A DNA stretch of 33,966 nt, taken from the NCBI GenBank assembly GCA_036476995.1, contig JAZGCO010000012.1:1-33966 (forward strand), in the 5' to 3' direction. Position numbers and translations under genes: made by a program. The DNA comes from Gemmatimonadota bacterium. GTDB taxonomy: Bacteria > Gemmatimonadota > Gemmatimonadetes > Palauibacterales > Palauibacteraceae. The notes under the pieces are model-generated. The model saw nothing but the letters and a program-made list of their open reading frames with translations, had not been told where the DNA came from and ran no database searches. Below are positions 8,112-16,437 of this stretch, piece by piece. How positions within the stretch are numbered: the stretch's first letter is position 1; every line of letters begins with the position of its first letter.

Positions 8112-8675
8112 ATGACGATGAGCAAGCTGGCTGACGACAAACGCCGCGACTTCGAGCAGGAAGCGCTGGTGCACCTGGACGCCCTGTTCGGCCTGGCTCT
8201 CCGCCTCACCGGCGGTGATGAGCCCCGGGCCCAGGATCTGGTGCAGGACGCCGTTTTGAAGGCGTTCCGTTCGTGGGATAATTTCGAACGGGGCACCAAC
8301 TGCCGGGCCTGGCTGATGACCATTCTCCGCAACACGTTCATCAACGAGTTTCGCAAGCACAAAGCCCGGCCCGTACCGGTCGAGTATGACCTCCTGGCGG
8401 ATCGTCCTTCCTCCGCCGACCTTTTCGTGGCGGATCCCTCGGGGGAACTGTTCGACCGCATGATCGATGGCGACATCGTCCGGGCCGTTCAGGATCTGCC
8501 TGAAGCGTTTCGTATTCCGATCATTCTCTCCGACCTTCAGGGGCTCAGTTACCAGGAGGTCGCCGACCTCATGGACATACCGGTCGGAACCGTGAAATCG
8601 CGCCTTTTTCGGGCCCGAAAGCGGCTGCAGCAGGCTCTGTATGAGTACGGCGTGGAGATGGGGTACGTCCGATGA
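8112..8675 (+). CDS. ECF-type RNA polymerase sigma factor (sigma-70 family, group 4)
   Basis: 187 aa with a sigma-70 region 2 (..DLVQDAVLKAFRSWDNFERGTNCRAWLMTILRNTFINEFRK..) and region 4 (..LSYQEVADLMDIPVGTVKSRLFRARKRLQ..). Confidence 0.85.
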   Translation: MTMSKLADDKRRDFEQEALVHLDALFGLALRLTGGDEPRAQDLVQDAVLKAFRSWDNFERGTNCRAWLMTILRNTFINEFRKHKARPVPVEYDLLADRPSSADLFVADPSGELFDRMIDGDIVRAVQDLPEAFRIPIILSDLQGLSYQEVADLMDIPVGTVKSRLFRARKRLQQALYEYGVEMGYVR

Positions 8676-8968
8676 GACCCTGGCCCTGGCGCCGACGAGG
8701 CTCCCGGGCCCAGACCGGCCCGGTGCCGGACGCGTTCAGCTGCGCTGAATGCCTCGAAGTCCTGTACGAATTTCTGGACGGAGAGTTGGATTCGGCCGAG
8801 CGGCCCCGCGTCAAGGCGCATCTCGACAGCTGTGCAGAGTGCTTCAGGCACCTCAATTTTGAGCAGCGCTTCCTGGATCAACTCCGGTCAGCCGCGGCCC
8901 ACGACGACGTCCGAAGCGAAGGCCTGCGGCTTCGCCTCCTGGAGCTACTGGAGCGCGAGGCGTTCTGA
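8672..8968 (+). CDS. Zinc-binding anti-sigma factor (ZAS family, RsrA/ChrR-like), cytoplasmic
   Basis: The ATGA junction overlaps the sigma-factor stop. It contains the H-x3-C-x2-C ZAS motif (HLDSCAEC) and an upstream C-x2-C (CAEC). It has no TM segment. 98 aa. Confidence 0.7.
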   Translation: MRPWPWRRRGSRAQTGPVPDAFSCAECLEVLYEFLDGELDSAERPRVKAHLDSCAECFRHLNFEQRFLDQLRSAAAHDDVRSEGLRLRLLELLEREAF

Positions 8969-9007
8969 ATCGAGAGGTCCTGACATGAAAGGAAACCAGG
9001 ACAACGT

Positions 9008-10078
9008 ATGGAACCAGAACTACGTGAATCTCTAGTCAAACTGCTTGACGCCAAGGGGCCGTCGGGGTTCGAAACGGCCGCTTCCGCGGTGTGGCGGGAC
9101 ATTGCGGGCGGTTTCGCGGCTGACATTTGGGGTGACGTGCACGGAAACAGCTTCGCGTCCATCAACGCCGAGGGAGCGCCGACCGTCATGCTGGCCGGTC
9201 ACATCGACGAAATCGGCCTGATGATCCACCACATCGACGATGACGGCTTTCTCTACGTTAGCGGGGTTGGGGGCTGGGATCCGCAGGTCCTGGTAGGCCA
9301 GCGGGTGGAGATCCTCGTGGACGATTCGACCGTAGACGGGGTGGTGGGCCGTCGGGCCGTACATCTGCTGGAGCGCGAGGAGATAGGAAAGGCGGTCAAG
9401 CTGAAGGAGTTGTGGATCGACATCGGGGCCGAGGACGGAGAGCAGGCCCGGTCCCGAGTCACGATCGGAGATGTGGCCGTCGTGCGCTCGGACACCCTCG
9501 AACTGTCCGGTGGCACAGTGGCCGCCCGTTCGGTGGACGACCGCGCGGGCGCTGTCGTGGCGCTGGAGGCTCTCAGACGAGCCAAAGAGGCGGGCTGCAC
9601 GGCGCGGGTCATTGCCGCCGCGACCGTACAGGAGGAAATCGGATACGCGGCCAGCGGTGGCGCCCGGACGGGCTCATACGGCCTCGATCCACACGTCGGG
9701 ATCGTCATCGACGTCACACACTCCACCGACCATCCGTCGATCGAGAAAAAGGAACATGGCGATGTGCGCCTCGGGGGCGGGCCGGTGCTGGCCCGAGGCG
9801 CGGCAATCAATCCGGTCGTGTACCGCCACCTGCTCGCGGCGGCCGAAGCGGAGGGCATCACCGTGCAGATACAGGCTCTGCCAGCCATGACGGGCACGGA
9901 TGCGGACGCCATCCGCCTCGCCAAATCGGGAGTGGCTACGGCCATCGTATCGATTCCCAATCGTTACATGCATTCTCCGAATCAGATCGTTTCGTACGCT
10001 GACCTCGACCAGTGCGCCAGCCTGATCGCCGCCTTTCTGTGCCGGCTGACGGAGGGCGAGTCTTTCCTCCCGATGTGA
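9008..10078 (+). CDS. M42-family metallo-aminopeptidase (FrvX/YsdC/glutamyl-aminopeptidase-like)
   Basis: 356 aa with ..MLAGHIDEIGLMI.., ..DDRAGAVVALEAL.. and ..ATVQEEIGYAAS.. His/Asp/Glu metal-ligand motifs typical of M42/M20 peptidases. Confidence 0.8.
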   Translation: MEPELRESLVKLLDAKGPSGFETAASAVWRDIAGGFAADIWGDVHGNSFASINAEGAPTVMLAGHIDEIGLMIHHIDDDGFLYVSGVGGWDPQVLVGQRVEILVDDSTVDGVVGRRAVHLLEREEIGKAVKLKELWIDIGAEDGEQARSRVTIGDVAVVRSDTLELSGGTVAARSVDDRAGAVVALEALRRAKEAGCTARVIAAATVQEEIGYAASGGARTGSYGLDPHVGIVIDVTHSTDHPSIEKKEHGDVRLGGGPVLARGAAINPVVYRHLLAAAEAEGITVQIQALPAMTGTDADAIRLAKSGVATAIVSIPNRYMHSPNQIVSYADLDQCASLIAAFLCRLTEGESFLPM

Positions 10079-10088
10079 GCGCGGACTG

Positions 10089-10769
10089 ATGCCAAAGGCC
10101 CTACACAGCCGTGCTGTGGAGGACTACCTCAAGGCGATCTACAAGCTCGGAGGCGACTCGGAGGCGGTGGCTACCTCCGCCCTGGCCGAGGAACTGTCCC
10201 GAACCGCGGCCTCGGTGACCAACATGGTCAAGGGTCTGGCGGACCGCGGGTTGCTCGAGCACACGCCATACCACGGCGCCCGGCTGACCGAAACTGGGCG
10301 CAGCGCCGCGCTACGGATCATCCGCCGCCACCGAATCCTCGAGACCTACCTCATCGAGCGGTTGGGATTTGGCTGGGATACCGTGCACGAGGAGGCCGAA
10401 CGCCTGGAACACGCCGCGTCGGCTGCTCTTATCGAAAGCATGGCGATCGCGCTCGGGAACCCGGACGTGGATCCGCACGGCGCGCCGATCCCCTCCCAGG
10501 AAGGCCGCATCGCGAGCAGACTCCTGGAGTCTCTGGCGGACCTCCCCCCCGGCGCTGGGGCCGTGATCCGAGAGGTGCCGGACGAGGACCCCGATCGGTT
10601 GCGACTTCTCTCATCCAAGGGTCTCTTGATCGGCACCCCGGTGGTGGTCGTGAGGGCCGTTCCGGCCGGAAGCTCGGATGAGATTCTCGTGAGTGTGTCC
10701 GGTACAAGTACGGAGGTGGGGGCGGACCTCGCCCGTCTCATTCAGGTGGAGCGAACCATAGAGAAATGA
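10089..10769 (+). CDS. DtxR/IdeR/MntR-family metal-dependent transcriptional regulator with C-terminal FeoA/SH3-like domain
   Basis: The N-terminal wHTH ...EDYLKAIYKLGGDSEAVATSALAEELSRTAASVTNMVKGLADRGLLEH... plus a metal-binding/dimerisation region, a linker and a C-terminal SH3-like domain. Confidence 0.85.
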   Translation: MPKALHSRAVEDYLKAIYKLGGDSEAVATSALAEELSRTAASVTNMVKGLADRGLLEHTPYHGARLTETGRSAALRIIRRHRILETYLIERLGFGWDTVHEEAERLEHAASAALIESMAIALGNPDVDPHGAPIPSQEGRIASRLLESLADLPPGAGAVIREVPDEDPDRLRLLSSKGLLIGTPVVVVRAVPAGSSDEILVSVSGTSTEVGADLARLIQVERTIEK

Positions 10770-11017
10770 CGACTTCGATACGGGCCGACGGCGATACGTG
10801 GACCTTGCGCATGAGTGAGGAAGCCCCACAGGACGGCTACGCCGCAGTCGTGTTTTTCTGCACAACCAACGATCAGCGCCCATACCGGGTGGGCCTGATC
10901 GAACAGGCTCGGGCCCGAACCGATACTGACTTGGAAGCGCTATCGGCGGAGGAAGTGCGGGGACTGTTCGAGTCCTCCGGGTCCATGGCCCGGCCGGGCG
11001 GACAGGGCGGCGGCTGA
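10766..11017 (+). CDS. Hypothetical small protein (83 aa)
   Basis: ATGA overlap with the DtxR stop and GC3-rich codons. No recognisable domain. Confidence 0.4.
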   Translation: MTTSIRADGDTWTLRMSEEAPQDGYAAVVFFCTTNDQRPYRVGLIEQARARTDTDLEALSAEEVRGLFESSGSMARPGGQGGG

Positions 11018-11076
11018 ACAAGGTAGATCTTCATCTCCATTCGACGGCCTCCGACGGTGTTCTCGAGCCGCGTGCG

Positions 11077-11847
11077 GTGGTTCAGGCGGTGGCCAGCGCC
11101 GGCGTAGTGGGTCTGTCTTTGACCGACCACGATACCGTTGAGGGATTAGAAGAAGCCGCCATGGAGTGCGAGCGGCTTGGGATACGGCACGTCGCGGGTT
11201 CGGAGATCAGCGCCAACGAGCCCGGCGTTTCGATTCACCTGCTTGCGTACGGGTTCGATCCTCGGCACGCCGGACTTCTGGCTTTCCTGGCTGGGGTACG
11301 CGAGGCACGGTGGACCCGCGTTCATGAAATGATCAGGCGTCTCAACGGGATCGGGATCCCGATCACGGCGCAAAACGTTCTCGATCAGTCCGGAGCCGGC
11401 TCCGCCACCCGGGCTCATGTGTCGCGGGCCCTCATCGCCGGGGGATGGGTGCGCGACACCCGGGAGGTGTTCAGCCGACACCTCGGGCGCGGCTGTCCCG
11501 GCTTCGTTGAGAAGCCTCCGACTCCCCCGGCCGGAGTGATCCAGCTGGTTCGCGAGGCGGGAGGGGTCACGATGCTCGCCCATCCCGGTGATTCGTACGC
11601 GGAGGCGGACATCGAGCGCTGGGTGGCCGACGGGCTGGACGGTATCGAGATCATGCACTCTCGGAACGGACCCCAGGAACGGGCTATGCTGGAGCGGCTG
11701 GTTGAGCGACACGGGCTGCTGCGGGGTGGTGGATCCGACTGGCACGGGCCAGATTCTGGAGGCGCTCCGCCGGGTACTGAGAACGTACCGGAAGAGTGGC
11801 TGGATGCGGTAGTTGCCAGGTGCGAGAACAGAGATTGCACCCCGTAG
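11077..11847 (+). CDS. PHP-domain phosphoesterase (TrpH/YciV / RNase AM-like); true start probably upstream (see findings)
   Basis: A PHP fold with ..HVAGSEISA.., ..HLLAYG.., ..LAHPG.. and ..GGSDWHG... The first canonical start is the GTG at 11077. The in-frame upstream sequence encodes the expected N-terminal KVDLHLHSTASDG motif. Confidence 0.75.
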   Translation: MVQAVASAGVVGLSLTDHDTVEGLEEAAMECERLGIRHVAGSEISANEPGVSIHLLAYGFDPRHAGLLAFLAGVREARWTRVHEMIRRLNGIGIPITAQNVLDQSGAGSATRAHVSRALIAGGWVRDTREVFSRHLGRGCPGFVEKPPTPPAGVIQLVREAGGVTMLAHPGDSYAEADIERWVADGLDGIEIMHSRNGPQERAMLERLVERHGLLRGGGSDWHGPDSGGAPPGTENVPEEWLDAVVARCENRDCTP

Positions 11848-11880
11848 ATCCGGGGTTAGCGGGATGAGGATAGAAAATCG

Positions 11881-12879
11881 ATGGAAGTAAGTGACCACAA
11901 ACTGATTATCGTCGGCGCCGGCCCAGCGGGCCTGTGCGCGGCGCTCTATGCGGCCCGGTCAGAGATGGACGCAGTGCTGCTCGACCGGGGGCCGGCTGGC
12001 GGACAGCTGCTGCTCACCGACCGGGTGGACGATTATCCAGGCATCAAGACGATCGGCGGGATGGAGCTGGCCGACGCCATGGCGGAGCATGCCGAGTCAT
12101 TCGGCACGGGTCTCACGCGCGGGGATGTCCGGTCGATAGAGCGCGATTCCGAGGGCCGCTTCGTGGTGCAGACGGCGGAAGGCGATACATTTCGTGCTCC
12201 GGCCTTGATCATGACAGCGGGCGGCACGCACAAGCTGCTGGATGTGCCGGGTGAGGCCGAGTACTCGGGCCGCGGCGTTTCGTACTGTGCGATCTGCGAC
12301 GGCGCCTTCTTCAAGGGCGAGACAATCGCCGTCATCGGCGGCGGCGACGCTGCGGTCGAAGAGGGCGAATTCTTGACACGTTATGCAGAAAAGCTCTACG
12401 TAATCCACCGGCGAGACGAATTCAGGGCCCAGAAGATGCTGCAGGAGCATCTCCTGGCGAACCCGAAAGTCGAAGTCATCTGGGACACGGTCGTGGATGA
12501 GATCGTTGGACAACCCACTGGGGTGAGCGGCCTCAAACTGAGAAACCTCAAGACCGACGCAGAATCGGAACTAAACGTGACGGGTGTGTTTATATTCATT
12601 GGGTTTACGCCCAACACCGGTGTGCTGAAAGAACACGTGGATCATGACGAGTCCGGATACATGGTGACGGACTACGATATGCGGACATCGATCCCCGGCT
12701 TATTCGCGGCAGGAGATTTGCGGTCTCAGCTGGTTCGGCAGATCACGACGGCGGTGGGCGATGCCACAACCGCGGTGTTTGCTGCGGATCGGTACCTGAA
12801 GGAGCGGCACGGGTCCCAGAACGAGACCCAGAACGGGTCCGAGAGCGGGTTCCAGAGCATGGTGGAGAGTCAGACATGA
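11881..12879 (+). CDS. trxB: Thioredoxin-disulfide reductase (low-Mr TrxB)
   Basis: 332 aa with the FAD motif IVGAGPAGLCAALYAA, the redox-active SYCAICDGAFF and the NADPH motif IGGGDAAVEEG. Confidence 0.9.
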   Translation: MEVSDHKLIIVGAGPAGLCAALYAARSEMDAVLLDRGPAGGQLLLTDRVDDYPGIKTIGGMELADAMAEHAESFGTGLTRGDVRSIERDSEGRFVVQTAEGDTFRAPALIMTAGGTHKLLDVPGEAEYSGRGVSYCAICDGAFFKGETIAVIGGGDAAVEEGEFLTRYAEKLYVIHRRDEFRAQKMLQEHLLANPKVEVIWDTVVDEIVGQPTGVSGLKLRNLKTDAESELNVTGVFIFIGFTPNTGVLKEHVDHDESGYMVTDYDMRTSIPGLFAAGDLRSQLVRQITTAVGDATTAVFAADRYLKERHGSQNETQNGSESGFQSMVESQT

Positions 12880-13241
12880 GTGATACAGCAGAGGCCCGCA
12901 CCGGCGGAGCCATGATTTCCCTATCCGAGTTGGCCGCGGACCAGGTCCGCGAGTTTTTCGAGGCTGAGAACCTGACAGCTGAGACGGCGGGCCTCAGGGT
13001 CAGCGTACTTCCGGGCGGATGCTCCGGCTTCGAGTATGGCCTGGAAGTAGAGGAAGAGGTTCTGGACGATGATTTCGTGTTGGAATCTCAGGGGCTCAAG
13101 CTCTACGTAGATCCGTTCAGCGCCCAGTATCTGACCGGCGTGGTGATCGACTATCAGAGCAGTTTCCAGGGTTCGGGCTTCACGTTCAACAATCCGAATG
13201 CCACGGGAGCCTGCGGCTGCGGCACCTCCTTTTCGGTCTAG
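12876..13241 (+). CDS. A-type iron-sulfur cluster carrier (IscA/ErpA/HesB family)
   Basis: Conserved Cys in ..LPGGCSGFEY.. and the C-terminal CGCGTSF motif. ATGA coupling to trxB. An alternative internal start, MISLSE, lies at 12912. Confidence 0.8.
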   Translation: MSDTAEARTGGAMISLSELAADQVREFFEAENLTAETAGLRVSVLPGGCSGFEYGLEVEEEVLDDDFVLESQGLKLYVDPFSAQYLTGVVIDYQSSFQGSGFTFNNPNATGACGCGTSFSV

Positions 13242-13914
13242 CCTTTCCGAACTCATCCTGAGCGGAGAAGGCGGGCTCGAGACGGCTTCCCTCTCACTGG
13301 GGGCCTTTCAATCCAACTGCCACCTCGTGCGGCAGCCCGGATCCACTGAGGCCGTGGTCATCGACCCAGGCGCCGAGCCGGACCGCGTGCTGGAGGCGTT
13401 GAGCCGATGGGGAGCGGTTCCCGCCGCGATCCTCCTCACGCACGCTCACCTGGATCACATCGGAGGCGTCGCGGGTGTCTTGGACCGCTATCCGGTTCCG
13501 GTGTATCTACACGACGAAGACCGGCCGTTGTACGACAATGCCGCTCAGCAGGCGCTGATGTTCGGCCTGGAGATGCAGCAACCGCCGCTGCCCGAGCACT
13601 CCCTGGCGCACGGCCAGGAGCTGAATCTTGCGGGCGTCCGGCTGGAGGTGCGTTTCACACCCGGGCACTCGCCGGGACACGTCGTGTTCGTGGGTCCAGG
13701 ATTGGCGTTCGTGGGAGACTGCGTGTTCGCCGGTTCGATCGGCCGCACGGATCTTCCTGGCGGAAACGCCCTCACGCTATTGACCTCGATCCGCGACCAG
13801 ATCCTGAGTCTTTCACCCGAAACGAAACTTCTGACGGGCCACGGACCGGCCACGACGGTGGCTGTCGAGGCGGCCAGTAACCCGTTCCTGCGGGACACGT
13901 CGTGGGCGACCTGA
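13198..13914 (+). CDS. MBL-fold metallo-hydrolase (glyoxalase II / hydroxyacylglutathione hydrolase-like)
   Basis: Contains THAHLDHIGG (the HxHxDH motif), plus downstream His and Asp ligands (..FTPGHSPGH.., ..GDCVFAGSIGRTD..). The first canonical start overlaps the IscA gene by 44 nt, so the true start is uncertain. Confidence 0.75.
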   Translation: MPREPAAAAPPFRSSLSELILSGEGGLETASLSLGAFQSNCHLVRQPGSTEAVVIDPGAEPDRVLEALSRWGAVPAAILLTHAHLDHIGGVAGVLDRYPVPVYLHDEDRPLYDNAAQQALMFGLEMQQPPLPEHSLAHGQELNLAGVRLEVRFTPGHSPGHVVFVGPGLAFVGDCVFAGSIGRTDLPGGNALTLLTSIRDQILSLSPETKLLTGHGPATTVAVEAASNPFLRDTSWAT

Positions 13915-15032
13915 GCCGAGACCAGGCAGAGGACGCGCAGACGGATGCACAGATCGACGCACCGGCCGAGCCCGGCCCGCAGAACCCGCGGCGGCCCACG
14001 GCGGAACAGACCGCGCGTCTGTCTGAACTGCTGCGCGCCGTCGAGGGGACGGACCGCGTGTACGTGCTCACACACGACAACCCCGACCCCGACGGGATCG
14101 CCTCTTCCGCCGCTCTGGCCTACCTCCTCGAGCACGTGGCCGGCAAGCAGACTTCTGTGCTGTTCGGTGGCATCGTAGGCCGGGCCGAGAACCGGGCTCT
14201 GATGGATGAGCTCGGGATCGAGTTCAGCCGGATGGAAACGACCGAACTGGAGCCCTCCGCGCTGGTGGCCCTGGTGGATACACAGCCTAGAAGCGGCAAC
14301 AACTCGCTTCCCGAGGGCCGGATCGCCACGATCGTGATCGACCACCATCCTGAGACGCCGGCCAGCCGGGCGGCCGCCTTCGTGGATATTCGGCCCGAGT
14401 ACGGCGCCTGCTGCTCGATGATGACGGAGTACCTTCGTATCGCGAAGCTCGAGCCGGACCGCCGCCTGGCCACCGCCCTGTTCTACGGGATCCAGACCGA
14501 GACTATGGATTTGGGCCGAGAGGTCTCAGAGGCGGATGTCAGCAGCAGCCTGTTCCTGTACCCGCGCTCCGACCCGGCGGCTACATCGCGAATCCGTCAC
14601 CCCAGCCTTCCGCTGGCACTGTTCCATGCGATTCACTATGGACTCGAGCACGGGTGGCGCCGGGAAGGGGTGGTCTGCATCCCGTTGGGCCGCCTCGCCT
14701 ACCCCGATCTCGGAGCTCAGCTGGCGGACCTGTTCGTGCGCGGCGTTGGCGTGACCTGGTCGGTAGTGGCGGGACGATACGGCGACCAGTTGTTGCTGTC
14801 TCTGCGAACGTTCGAGCCGACGGCGCACGCGGGAGAGTTGGTCCGCGAGGTGGTGGGCGAACGAGGTTCGGCCGGTGGGCACGGAACGATGGCCGGCGCT
14901 AGCCTGGACGTCCGCACGCTTTCGGAGGCCGAGTACGACACCCTGCTGGAATCGCTATTCGACGACCTTTGCACTGTTCTGGGTGCAGAGTCATCAGACA
15001 GCATCCCGCTCATTGGCAAGGACGAAGGATGA
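13902..15032 (+). CDS. DHH/DHHA1-family phosphoesterase (NrnA-like nanoRNase / pAp phosphatase)
   Basis: DHH motifs ..VLTHDNPDPDGIASS.. and ..IVIDHHPE.., and a DHHA1 region ..GGGHGTMAGAS... The GTG start overlaps the MBL gene. Confidence 0.8.
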   Translation: MGDLSRDQAEDAQTDAQIDAPAEPGPQNPRRPTAEQTARLSELLRAVEGTDRVYVLTHDNPDPDGIASSAALAYLLEHVAGKQTSVLFGGIVGRAENRALMDELGIEFSRMETTELEPSALVALVDTQPRSGNNSLPEGRIATIVIDHHPETPASRAAAFVDIRPEYGACCSMMTEYLRIAKLEPDRRLATALFYGIQTETMDLGREVSEADVSSSLFLYPRSDPAATSRIRHPSLPLALFHAIHYGLEHGWRREGVVCIPLGRLAYPDLGAQLADLFVRGVGVTWSVVAGRYGDQLLLSLRTFEPTAHAGELVREVVGERGSAGGHGTMAGASLDVRTLSEAEYDTLLESLFDDLCTVLGAESSDSIPLIGKDEG

Positions 15033-16333
15033 TCCGGATCGGCCTGACCGGGACGATTGGAGCAGGCAAGAGCGCGGTCGGAAGCCTGTTCGAGTCCTGG
15101 GGAGCGACACGGATCGACGTGGACCACCTGGCGCGCGAGGTCGTGGCGCCTGGGACGAAGGCGCTGGGTGAGATCCGAGATGCCTGGGGCGAGGACGTCA
15201 TGGCTGATGACGGGAGCCTGAACCGGGCCGAACTTCGGCGGCGGGTGTTTGCCGATCCGCGTCAGCGCCTGCGGCTAGAAGAGATCGTCCACCCGGCGAT
15301 CGAAGAACTCCGCCAGCGCCGGACCTCCGAGGCCGCTTCGAGCGGGGCTGAAGTGGTGGTGTGTGAGATCCCGTTGCTGTTCGAGAAAGGGCTGATGGCC
15401 GAGTTCGACGCCATAGTGACTGTCGATGCGGCCTCTGCGGTGCGCCGGGCTCGGGTATTGGAGCACCGAGGCGTGGAAGCCGGCGAGTTTGCGGCCATGG
15501 AAGCGGCTCAGTGGACCGGCGAAGCCAAGCAGAAGGGCGCTGATTACGTCCTTCACAACGAGGGCGAGCTGGATTCGCTCGAGTCTCAGGCCCGGAAGGT
15601 GTGGGAGGCGATTCTGCACTCTGCGCGCGAGCAAACACAGCCCCTGCCTGCCTCGCAGGGCACGGCCGGGAACGGCAGACTGTGGGACGTAGACTTGCAC
15701 ATGCACACCAGTCATTCCCATGACTGCCTCGTGTCGCCGCTCGAGGTCGTCAGCCACGCACGGACAGCCGGCCTCCACCGCATCGCGATCACTGATCACG
15801 ACCAGATCGACGGAGCCTTCGAGGCGCGCGATGCGGCTCCGGAGCTGGTGATCGTGGGCGAAGAAGTGTTGACCTCGGAAGGACTCGATCTGATCGGACT
15901 GTTCCTGTCCCGGCACATCGCGCCCGGCCGCCCTTTTCGTACGGTAGCACAAGAGATTCGCGATCAAGGCGGGATCGTATATCTGCCCCATCCGTTCGAT
16001 TCCCGGCGCGGAACCACGGCGCAGTTTCTGGCTGGGGTTATCGATTGCATCGACGCCGTGGAGGGATTCAACGCCCGCATCCACGACTCGTCCAGGAATC
16101 GGCGGGCACAGGCGTGGGCGGAGAAACATGGGCTTCCCGTCGGCGCGGGCAGTGACGCGCACTTGGGCCGCGAGATCGGGCGGGGAAGGGTGCGCGTGCC
16201 GCCATTCACGGGTGCATCCGACTTCCTGGACTCGCTCCTGGAGGGGTGGGTCGAGGGCCGGCCTTCCAGTCATCTGGTTCACGTTGGCTCGACCTGGGCC
16301 AAGTGGCGAAAGCGCTTTGCCAGATCAGCCTAA
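15029..16333 (+). CDS. coaE: Fusion protein: dephospho-CoA kinase (CoaE) N-terminal domain + PHP-domain phosphoesterase C-terminal domain
   Basis: A CoaE P-loop MIRIGLTGTIGAGKS and core (..EEIVHPAIEE.., ..CEIPLLFE..) are followed by a linker. Then comes a PHP domain, DVDLHMHTSHSHD...ITDHD...YLPHPFD...GSDAH, in the same frame. The ATGA junction with the DHH stop places the start at 15029 rather than the track's 14969. Confidence 0.8.
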   Translation: MIRIGLTGTIGAGKSAVGSLFESWGATRIDVDHLAREVVAPGTKALGEIRDAWGEDVMADDGSLNRAELRRRVFADPRQRLRLEEIVHPAIEELRQRRTSEAASSGAEVVVCEIPLLFEKGLMAEFDAIVTVDAASAVRRARVLEHRGVEAGEFAAMEAAQWTGEAKQKGADYVLHNEGELDSLESQARKVWEAILHSAREQTQPLPASQGTAGNGRLWDVDLHMHTSHSHDCLVSPLEVVSHARTAGLHRIAITDHDQIDGAFEARDAAPELVIVGEEVLTSEGLDLIGLFLSRHIAPGRPFRTVAQEIRDQGGIVYLPHPFDSRRGTTAQFLAGVIDCIDAVEGFNARIHDSSRNRRAQAWAEKHGLPVGAGSDAHLGREIGRGRVRVPPFTGASDFLDSLLEGWVEGRPSSHLVHVGSTWAKWRKRFARSA

Positions 16334-16337
16334 TCGC

Positions 16338-16366
16338 TTGACACGGCTAGCGAAGGACAGCTAGCG
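16338..16366 (+). promoter_or_regulatory. Candidate promoter -35 (TTGACA) followed by a tandem GCTAGCG...GCTAGCG repeat upstream of the NSS transporter gene
   Basis: TTGACA at 16338..16343. Two copies of GCTAGCG (palindromic core GCTAGC) lie at 16346..16352 and 16360..16366. AAGGAGG sits 7 nt before the GTG start at 16438. Confidence 0.25.
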
Positions 16367-16437
16367 TTCGGCGCCGCTGGCCCCGTGGTGCGCGGCGCAA
16401 CCGACTGGAACACAGGCGCGAACAAGGAGGTCAGCGG

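Noticed and set aside
9253-9960. 235-aa minus-strand ORF and the plus-strand ORFs 9412..10002 and 9471..9890 inside the M42 peptidase gene
   Set aside because: Shadow frames of a gene with clear metallopeptidase motifs. Arg/Gly-rich nonsense translations.
13545-16282. Large antisense ORFs 13545..14348 and 15275..16282 (267 and 335 aa) opposite the MBL/DHH and CoaE-PHP genes
   Set aside because: The sense-strand genes carry unambiguous HxHxDH, DHH and PHP motifs. The antisense translations have no recognisable domains and a biased composition.
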